Below, piece by piece: positions 18,955 to 27,700 of a stretch of 64,000 bases of DNA. Location: NCBI GenBank assembly GCA_900542175.1, contig UQNC01000001.1, forward strand, positions 6,831 to 70,830, read 5' to 3'. This stretch comes from an uncultured Collinsella sp. (GTDB lineage Bacteria > Actinomycetota > Coriobacteriia > Coriobacteriales > Coriobacteriaceae). Below the pieces are notes generated by a model. That model was not told where the DNA came from, made no database searches, and was given only the letters and a program-made list of their open reading frames with translations. The position numbers and the translations under genes were made by a program. Position 1 is the first letter of the stretch, and each line of letters begins with the position of its first letter.

Positions 18955-19973
18955 TGGGCCATCGGGATTCATGTGATGATTTGCGTAAGGTTCGTTGGGG
19001 CGTTTTGGGCGCTGGGCGCATTTCGCATCGATTTGCATCGTCGCTCAAGGAGGTGGACGGGGCACGGCTTGTGGCTGCCGCCGGTCGCACTCCTTCGCAT
19101 GTTGAGGAGTTTTGCAGGGCGTTTTCGATTGATGCCGCGCACAGTTATGCCACGGCTGACGATAGCGGCGATGCGGCTTATGATGCGCTGATTGCCGACC
19201 CCGATGTCGACGCAATCTACTTGGCTCTTCCGCATGGCATGCATACGCGTTGGGCCTGTCGGGCGCTGCGCGCGGGAAAGGCCGTACTGTGCGAAAAGCC
19301 GGCCGTTTTGAATGAAGAAGAGGCCCGTGCGATCACCTCCGTTTCCCACGAGTGCGGTGTGCCGTTTATGGAGGCGATGAAAAATCGGTTTTGTCCGATG
19401 CATACTCGCGTGAAGGGCTTGCTTGCGTCGGGCGAGCTCGGCCGTATCGTTTCGATCGAAAGCGTGCAAAAACTCGATTATGGTGAGTCCCCTTCAAGTT
19501 ATCTGCTCGATCCGTTGCAGGGTGGCTGTCTATATGACATGGGCTGCTATGCGGTCGGGTGGTTTGAGGATCTGCTTGCGGGTGCGTGCGATGTTTCGTC
19601 CCGTGAAGTTCGCTGGCGTGACGTATCGGGCGGCCGCGTGGATTGGGCCGATGAGATTCATATGAGTGTCGGCGGTATACCCATTCATATGGTGTGCGAC
19701 GGCAAGGCAGCGTATGAAAGCCGCTTAACGATTGCCTGCGAGCGGGGCTCGTTGGAAATCGAGCGCCTCCATCGCCCCGAGCTCGCCCATGTGAAGTACT
19801 CCGACGGGCGAATGCTCGAAATAAATGCCCCGTTTGAGGTTGATGATTTCTACGGCGAAATCCAGCATGCGACCCAGCTCATCCGGACGGGGAAACTCGA
19901 GAGTCCCGTCATGCCCCTTGCCGCCACACAGCGCTGCGCGCGCATTATCGATGCAATCCGTCTAGCCCTCTAG
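18955..19973 (+). CDS. Gfo/Idh/MocA family oxidoreductase
   Basis: VRWGVLGAGRISHRF Rossmann fold and EKP motif. GTG start chosen so the repeat element is not translated. Confidence 0.75.
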
Positions 19974-20044
19974 GACTTGGCGCTGACGCATAGGGGATTA
20001 TGACGCTGGCGCCCGTAGCCGTAGTGCTTGGCGGCCCGCATCTC

Positions 20045-20130
20045 TGATGCCCCTTTTATAAGTTGCGGTGGAATAGTTCCTGTTTGCGGCAGAATAGGGC
20101 ATCGACAGGAGCTATTTCACCGCAACTGAT
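20045..20130 (+). repeat. palindromic repeat element, copy 2 (same element as 18857-18945), immediately upstream of the nfo RBS
   Basis: CTGATGCCCCTTTTATAAgTTGCGGTGGAATAGTTCCTG...CAGGAGCTATTTCACCGCAACTGA. Again the mismatches are G-U compatible on the plus strand. Confidence 0.6.
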
Positions 20131-20145
20131 GAGAGGGAGCTGGAG

Positions 20146-21012
20146 ATGCTGACGATTGGGTGTCATCTTTCGACGACGAAGGGCTATCGGGCAATGGGGG
20201 AGACGGCGCTATCCATTGGCGCCAACACCTTTGCATTCTTTACGCGCAACCCGCGCGGCGGCAAGGCGAAAGACCTTGACATGGATGACGTGGCGGCCCT
20301 GCGCAAGCATATGGAACAGAACGATTTTGGTCCACTTGTGGCTCATGCCCCGTATACCTACAACCCTTGCTCGGCCAAAGAGCGGGCGCGTGAGTTTGCC
20401 TTGGAGGCAATGGCCGAGGACTTGCAGCGTCTGGAAGCACTGCCCGGCAACTACTACAACTTCCATCCCGGCGCGCATATGGGACAGGGCTCCGACGCCG
20501 GCATTCAGATGATTGTCGACACCCTGTGCCAAGTGATGTTTGAGGGCCAGCAGACGACGGTGCTGCTCGAGACCATGGCCGGCAAGGGCACCGAGGTGGG
20601 CCGCAGTTTTGAAGAGCTGGCACGCATTATCGAGGGCGTAGTCGCAAGGCGTCCCGAGCTGACGGATAAGCTGGGCGTCTGTCTTGATACCTGCCATGTG
20701 AGCGATGGCGGCTACGACATCATTCACGATCTTGACGGCGTGCTCGACGAGTTCGATCGCGTGGTGGGTATCGACCGCTTGCGTGCCGTACACATCAACG
20801 ATTCCAAAAACCCAACCGGCGCCCATAAGGACCGCCACGAGCGCATTGGCAAGGGCTACCTTGGTAGCGAAAATCTCGGCGGCGGTATGCAGGTTATGCA
20901 GAATATTGTATCGAATAGCCACCTGCGCGCATTGCCATTCATTTTGGAGACGCCGAATGAACTTGCAGGGTATGCAGCAGAAATTACCCTGTTACGCTCA
21001 TTGGAGCAGTAA
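20146..21012 (+). CDS. nfo: deoxyribonuclease IV (endonuclease IV, AP endonuclease family 2)
   Basis: TIM-barrel AP endonuclease motifs (HAPY, TCHVSDGGYD, HINDSK). Confidence 0.9.
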   Translation: MLTIGCHLSTTKGYRAMGETALSIGANTFAFFTRNPRGGKAKDLDMDDVAALRKHMEQNDFGPLVAHAPYTYNPCSAKERAREFALEAMAEDLQRLEALPGNYYNFHPGAHMGQGSDAGIQMIVDTLCQVMFEGQQTTVLLETMAGKGTEVGRSFEELARIIEGVVARRPELTDKLGVCLDTCHVSDGGYDIIHDLDGVLDEFDRVVGIDRLRAVHINDSKNPTGAHKDRHERIGKGYLGSENLGGGMQVMQNIVSNSHLRALPFILETPNELAGYAAEITLLRSLEQ

Positions 21013-21070
21013 TGACTGTCGCAAAGTAGAGTGCTTCATTCACGTTATAGGTTTGTTTCAATCAGTTTTC

Positions 21071-21090
21071 TAATTGCAGATTTGCAATTA
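21071..21090. promoter_or_regulatory. perfect 8-4-8 palindrome operator upstream of the ABC transporter operon
   Basis: TAATTGCA-GATT-TGCAATTA, followed by a GCATAAT -10-like box. Confidence 0.4.
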
Positions 21091-21160
21091 CGGGTGCATA
21101 ATAGCCAACAGTTTTTGCAGACCTCTGAATTAAACGAGGTCACCGGAAGGAGACTGATTA

Positions 21161-22020
21161 TGAAGCTGAAGAAGCTTGGCGCGTTTGCCGCCACGGGTGC
21201 TATGGCGCTCGCCCTTGCTCTGACGGGCTGCGGCTCGTCCAACGCCACCTCTGGTTCCGATGCCGGTTCCAGCAGCTCTGACGATGCAAAGGTCGAGAAG
21301 GTCGACGGATCCAAGGAGTACGCGCTGGTCAAGGACGGCACGCTCACCGTCGGTACTTCTGCCGAGTACGCGCCGTTTGAGTACAAGGACGACAACGGCG
21401 ATTATCAGGGCTTTGACCTGGAGCTCATTAAGGCTATCGGTGACAAGCTGGGCCTGGATGTCGAGTACGTGAACAACGATTTCGATACGCTGGTTCCCGG
21501 TGTCGCCTCGGGCGCCAAGTACGATGTTGCCATCGCTGCTATCACCGATACCCCCGAGCGTGAGAAGGAGGTCGCGTTCTCCGATTCGTACTACATGGAC
21601 GATCAGGCTATCGTGACCAAGGTCGACAACGCCGATATCACGGCCGACAACTACAGCGAGAAGCTCAACAACGCCGACGCTACGATTATCGTCCAGTCCG
21701 GTTCTACCGCCGAGGCCTTTGCCCAGGAGAACTTCCCCAAGGCTAAGATCGTCCCCTACAAGGACGCCACCGAGTGCTTCAGCGCCCTGCAGTCCGATAA
21801 GGGTGACGCCGTGGTGACCAACCGCTCCGTCGCCAGCCAGCTGACCGCCGAGCAGTTCAACACCTGCCAGACCATCAAGCAGATCAGCACCGGCGAGGAG
21901 TACGCCATCGCCATCAACCAGGGCAACACCAAGCTCAAGGACGACATCAACCAGGCCATCAAGGACCTGACCGATGACGGTACCGTTGATGCCCTCATGG
22001 CTAAGTACAACATCAAGTAA
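21161..22020 (+). CDS. amino-acid ABC transporter substrate-binding lipoprotein
   Basis: Lipobox LALTGCGSS and a family 3 SBP fold. Confidence 0.9.
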
Positions 22021-22135
22021 AATTACTACTTGATGAAGCACGGGCCCTTTCCGTTTTCGCGGAGAGGGCCTTTGCGCTTATGGAACGGATTCCGTTCGCC
22101 TTGTTTTGTCGGTAACTTATACGTTAGGAGCCACC

Positions 22136-23488
22136 TTGTCTCGACTGAATAAAGGGGCCATAGGTCAGCTTGCTTCGCTGCTCCAAAGACTAGCCTGCGT
22201 CCTTTCCGTGGCGCTCGCGCTGGCGTGCGCGGGGGCCTTCGTGCCTTCGACGGCGCAGGCGCTTGAGACTGCAAAGATCACTGCACGTCCCAACACTGGA
22301 TCGGGTAGCGACGTGGTCGGCGGCACCGAGACGCGCATTACTTGGGAGGTCCAGGCCGATGCCGACGAAGAACTGAGCGGCCTTTCGCTCAAGTTTGCCG
22401 ACGGTACGACGTTTGGTGCCGATGACACGCGCCTGACGATGCTTTCCGGCGACGACCTGATGGATCGCACGCCCATGAAGCCCACGTGCAAGGTAGACGG
22501 GCAGACGCTCAAGATTGACTTTGGCGAGACGGCACCTGCCGGCGGTTATTTCCGCGTCGAGGTCTATGGCGTGACGTTCCCCGTCGAGGGCGGCGATGAG
22601 GCCTTTAGCGGCACCTATACGCTCGCCGACGGCTCGACCAAGAAGATCTCCAAGATTCCTTCCGTTGAGATTAAGGGCGTCACGGCGTTTGATAACTTCT
22701 TGGCCGACCTTAAGGAACAGCCCTGGGTTGAGGCTTGGAATTCCAATATGTTCCTGCGTCTGTTCTTAAACCCGGTCATTTTGGTCCAGAGCCTGCCGAT
22801 CGTCTTTAAGGGCTTCCTCATGTCGCTCTCGATCGTGCTTGTGGCATTTCCGCTGGCAATTCCCTTTGGTTTTGCGCTGTCGCTCATGCGCATCTCCAAG
22901 TCGCGCATTCTGCGTTGCCTTGCTGGCATCTATGTGAACATCATTCGTGGCACGCCTGCGTTCCTGCAGATCTACATTGCGTTCTTTGGCCTGCCGCTGG
23001 CTGGCGTCAAGGTGGATGACTACGTTCTGGGCGTGATCGTCATGGCCATGAACTCGTCCGCGTATCTGTGCGAGATCTTCCGCGCCGGTATCCAGTCGAT
23101 CCCCAAGGGTCAAAACGAGGCCGCGCGCTCGCTGGGCATGAATGCCTTCCAGACATTGCTCTACGTTATGATCCCGCAGACGTTCCGCAATGTCCTGCCT
23201 ACACTGACCAGTGAGTTTATCCTGCTCTACAAGGATACGTCGCTGCTTGCCGCCGTGGGTGTGGTCGAGATCGTCATGAACGCGCGTACGATTGTCGCCA
23301 CGACGGGCTCCATTACCCCGTACGTGGTTGCCGCCCTGTTCTATCTGGTCATCACGTTGCCGCTTGCTCGTTTGGTGAGCGGTCTCGAGGCGAGACTGCT
23401 GGGTACGGCCGAGGCCAAGAAGAAGCATCCTGCCAAGAGCGCCGGGCAGGTTGTCGCTACGCCCGCCGATCACATTGCCGGTCTATAA
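22136..23488 (+). CDS. amino-acid ABC transporter permease with an approx. 200-aa N-terminal extracytoplasmic extension
   Basis: TTG start with an AGGAG RBS, signal/TM segment, an extra domain, then the HisM/GlnP-type permease core with the EAARSLGM EAA motif. Confidence 0.85.
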   Translation: MSRLNKGAIGQLASLLQRLACVLSVALALACAGAFVPSTAQALETAKITARPNTGSGSDVVGGTETRITWEVQADADEELSGLSLKFADGTTFGADDTRLTMLSGDDLMDRTPMKPTCKVDGQTLKIDFGETAPAGGYFRVEVYGVTFPVEGGDEAFSGTYTLADGSTKKISKIPSVEIKGVTAFDNFLADLKEQPWVEAWNSNMFLRLFLNPVILVQSLPIVFKGFLMSLSIVLVAFPLAIPFGFALSLMRISKSRILRCLAGIYVNIIRGTPAFLQIYIAFFGLPLAGVKVDDYVLGVIVMAMNSSAYLCEIFRAGIQSIPKGQNEAARSLGMNAFQTLLYVMIPQTFRNVLPTLTSEFILLYKDTSLLAAVGVVEIVMNARTIVATTGSITPYVVAALFYLVITLPLARLVSGLEARLLGTAEAKKKHPAKSAGQVVATPADHIAGL

Positions 23489-23500
23489 GGAGGTCCTGTT

Positions 23501-24250
23501 ATGAGCGAAACGAATTCCAACGAGGTCGTCGTCAGCATTAAGAACCTCCAGAAATCCTTTGGCGACAATGTAGTCCTGCGCGATATCGATCTGGATGTGC
23601 ACAGGGGCGAGGTCGTCGTAGTCCTGGGTCCTTCGGGATCAGGTAAGTCGACGATGCTGCGCTGCATCAACCGCCTTGAAGAGCCTACGAGTGGCTCCAT
23701 CATGGTGGAAGGCGTGGATGTGTGCGCCAAGGGCGTCGACTTAAATAAGGTACGCACGCATCTTGGCATGGTGTTTCAGCAGTTCAACCTGTTCCCGCAC
23801 CTGTCGGTCAAAAAGAACGTCATGCTTGCCCAACAAAAGGTGCTCAAGCGCAGCAAGGAAGAAGCCGAGAAAATAGCCCTCGAGGAACTCACCAAGGTTG
23901 GCCTGGCCGAGCGCATCGACTTTATGCCGAGCCAGCTTTCGGGTGGCCAGCAGCAGCGCGTCGCCATTGCCCGCGCTTTGTCGATGAACCCGCACGTTAT
24001 GCTTTTTGACGAGGCCACGTCGGCGCTTGATCCCGAGCTCGTTCGCGACGTTTTGGGTGTTATGCGTGATTTGGCGCGCGACGGCATGACCATGATCGTC
24101 GTGACGCACGAGATGGGCTTTGCCCGCGACGTCGCCGACCGCGTGGTCTTTATGGACGGCGGCGTTATCGTGGAGGAGGGCTCGCCGAGCGAGGTCTTTG
24201 ACCATCCCAAGAGCGAGCGCACCAAGGCGTTCTTGGGCAACATTTCCTAG
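23501..24250 (+). CDS. amino-acid ABC transporter ATP-binding protein
   Basis: Walker [10 protein letters not shown], signature [15 protein letters not shown] and Walker [11 protein letters not shown]. Confidence 0.95.
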   Translation: MSETNSNEVVVSIKNLQKSFGDNVVLRDIDLDVHRGEVVVVLGPSGSGKSTMLRCINRLEEPTSGSIMVEGVDVCAKGVDLNKVRTHLGMVFQQFNLFPHLSVKKNVMLAQQKVLKRSKEEAEKIALEELTKVGLAERIDFMPSQLSGGQQQRVAIARALSMNPHVMLFDEATSALDPELVRDVLGVMRDLARDGMTMIVVTHEMGFARDVADRVVFMDGGVIVEEGSPSEVFDHPKSERTKAFLGNIS

Positions 24251-24454
24251 ATTGCATTGATATTTGAGCATAGTTTGAGTTGACGGGCCAAGGCGTTGCT
24301 GCCGCGGCCCGTTTTGTATTTTGGTAAAAGTCAGCCGTTACCCCCCAGTGGACGCTTAAGACGCATGTTTGGTGAATTCTGTGGACGCGGTACGGGGCGC
24401 GTGTCAACCATGCGGCCTTTCATACAATTGCATGTTGTTTGAAAAGAAGCCGGA

Positions 24455-24620
24455 CCGTGGGTGCGCTTGGCGCATAAAAGGGAACTGGGTGGGAATCCCA
24501 GACAAGGCGGTTACTGTGTGCGGGGATGTTGTCTTCGCGAGTCAGATTACTTGCCCACGGTCTTCTCGTGTCGAGGGTCTTTTGGAAGCCGCTGGATTCC
24601 GGTGAACAAGAGATGACATC
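24455..24620 (+). ncRNA. riboswitch-like leader, probably the cobalamin class, in the 517-nt 5' region of the surface-protein gene
   Basis: AAAAGGGAAcugGGUGGGAAUCCcag...GCGGUUACUGUG matches the cobalamin-aptamer core (AGGGAA / GGUG.GAAUCC / ...ACUGU). A B12-box-like GCCCACGG is present but the match is incomplete. Confidence 0.45.
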
Positions 24621-24767
24621 ATATATTGCTCCTATGCGTCCCGCCTGTTGTGCGGGCCATTGTTGTGTGCTGTCAGGTGCGGGCGCCCCGCTGTGTCTCG
24701 TTTCCCTTTACATGATCGGCCTCGATTCTTGTTGAGGTAATGATCTTCCAAATCAAGGGGGAGTGGG

Positions 24768-27700
24768 ATGCTCAAAAACATCCGAACTGTTGCGAGGAAA
24801 TTCCTCGTGGTGTTCATGGCGTTTATCTTTGCCAGCTCGAGCACCGGAATGACTGCATTTGCCGAGGAGGTGGGTGCGGGCGTAGCCGTGATGGCTGATC
24901 AGGTTGCCGCGGCGACCGATGCTGAGCAGGGTGCATCGAGCGAAGATGAACCTTCTGCCGATGCTGAAATCGGCGTGTCCGATGACGGCGACAGCGCACA
25001 GGAGCAAGAAGGCTCCGATACTGCCGTGCAGTCCGTTGTGTCCAACGGGGAGAATTCGGCCGCGCAGGCCGAAGTGGTCGGAGCTTCTACTGGGATAGCG
25101 CGCTCGGGCGAGACGGTTGTCGTCAACGACGCGGTCGATATGCCTTCGACCATCGAAGCCGGCGCTACCGTAAAACTCGGTGCGAACATTTCGATGGGTG
25201 CCGACCAGCAGATTGAGACCGTTGCCGGCGTGTTGGACGGTCAGGGTCATACCGTCACCATTAGCGGCAAGGCCGTCGCGAACAACGTAACGGGAACTAT
25301 CCAGAACCTAGGCGTGACGGGCTCCGTCTCGAATAGCGATAATGTGGGCTCCATCGCCATGACGCTTTCCGGTACCGTTCAGATGTGCTGGTCCACGGCG
25401 AGCGTGAACCTGAGCGGTTGGATGGGCTATGCCGGCGGCCTGGTCGGCGGCATGGCGTCCGGCAAGATCGTCAATTCCTATTTTGCCGGTTCGGGCGTCG
25501 AGATGAATGGCGGGCTGGTGGGCGAGGCCCGGGCTGGCTCGCTTTCGAATTGCCTCTATACCGTAGGTTTTTCGCCTGCCGAGATGAACTATAGGGGCTT
25601 TGATAAGGGTAATGCTGCGAAAGCCTCTGACCTTTACCTTTCGTCTGCCGAATCTCTTATCGTGCTCAATGCCAATGCGCCGGCGACCGGGTTTACCTGG
25701 ACGTCCAACGGCGGCCTGCCGATCTTGACGAGTGGATCTGCTCCCGTTGTCGTTAACAAGGATGCGCTCGCCGCTGCCATCGAGTCTGTCGAGGCGCTCA
25801 AGGAGTCCGACTATACATCCGATTCGTGGTCTGCCCTAGCCTCTGCCCTTGCGGACGCAAAGGCCGTAAACGACAATGCCGATGCCTCCCAGTCCGATGT
25901 AAATGCGGCGGTCAAGGCACTCAATGCGGCTAAGGATGCCCTCGAGAAGAAGAAGCCGACGGCCCCCGTCGCCCAGCCCGAGAGCGTCAAGCACATTAAA
26001 TCGCAGGACGACTTCATTTCTATGAACGTCAAGGACGCGAACAACTACTATGTGCTCGACAACGATATCGTGATTGATGATGAGTATTTCTTTGGTCCTT
26101 CGGGTGAGCTCAACTGCACGTTTGACGGCCAGGGCCACACCATTACCTTCAACAATGGCGGTGGCGTCAAGTCGCTCTTCGCGAGCGTCGGCTCCATCGG
26201 CGTTGTCCAAAACGTCTCTTTTGCCGGCGAGCTTAAGAAAGCGGTTGACGGCAAATCGTTCGGTCCGCTCGGCAACCAGATTAGGGGCGCCGTTCTCAAC
26301 TGCTCCACGTCTGTTACGGGCAAGGGCGTTGTGGGCTTTGGCCGTACGCTCGAAGGCGGCGTAATTTCTAACTGCGTGTCTACCGCTGCAGCGACCGGCG
26401 GCGTGCTCTTTGCGAGTTATGGCTCCGGTCAGCTCGTCAATACGTACTGGCAGGAAGGCCTTACCAACAAGGCTCAGTTCCCCGCGAGGGCGCTCGTCAA
26501 CTCCTATGCTGTCGATGCCGACGACATGAAGACGGCGACCTTTGTCGAAAACCTTAACGTCAACCGTGGCGAAAACGGTAGCGCATGGGGCATGGGAGCC
26601 GATGGCTTGCCGTATTTTGGTGAGGACCAGGACTACGAATCGCCCGAGAGCCCTGCCGCAAACAATAAATACGAGGTGACGTTTACATCTGCGCGCACCG
26701 GCAGGACCGTGACTGCCGCCGATGGCATGCTCTACCCGTCTCCCGACGATGTCGTGGTGGGCGAGAACGGTGCCGCCTGCGTCTCGGGCACGCTTGCGCT
26801 CAAGGGTTTGTCTAAGGGTGCTAAGGTGACTTGGGGCACTCCGGACGCTAACAGAGGAGATATCGCCGTTAACGAGGAAACGGGCCTGCTGCACGTATAC
26901 AACGATGCCGTGGGTACGGTGACCGCTACGCTTCATAAGGATGACGGCACCACCGAGAACGTTGCGACCGTCGTGGTGAAGGCGATCTCCAAGTCTATTG
27001 ATGATTTCCAGATTTGGTACAACGGCGAAAACGTGACGGGCGGCACTATTGCGGTTACGGGCTCCGAGGTCAAGAACCTCGAGATCCGTGTTCATTACGC
27101 CGACGCCGCTGAGGGCGAGTACACCCCTGTTTCCTATACGCGTTTTCGCTTTGCGGGTACGCCTTCGAACGTGCTCTATTCCAATCCCGGATCGGCATGC
27201 TTCTACTTTAAGCAGGCGGGCGAGGCCACGATTTCGGTCTCCTCGCGAACGAACGTCGACCTTGCCGATAAGAGCGTAAAGGTTACCTCGACCTATGTGC
27301 CGGCGACGAGCATTTCGCTTGGCTACAACGAGGACGGCAAGACTGTTTATCTGCATGGCCGTAATCCGCTTGCCAAGGGTGCTTTCCTGACCGACAAGGC
27401 TGCACCGGTTGTGGGCCCGGAGTATGCGAGTGACCGTGCAAACTACACGGTCACCTCGAGCGATAGTGCAGTCGCCGAGTACACTACAAGCGGCGATATT
27501 GGATTTACGCCGTATAAGGCCGGCAAGACGACATTCGAGGCGACGGTCGAAAACCAGGACGGCAGCGTTATCTCCTCGGGCAAGCGAGAGGTTACCTACG
27601 CTTACCGAAACCCGCTGAAATCGGTGACCATCGCAAATGCTCCCGCGTCCATTAAGGCCGGCAAGACGGTCGGGCTCGACCTGAGCTATGTGGGCGAGAA

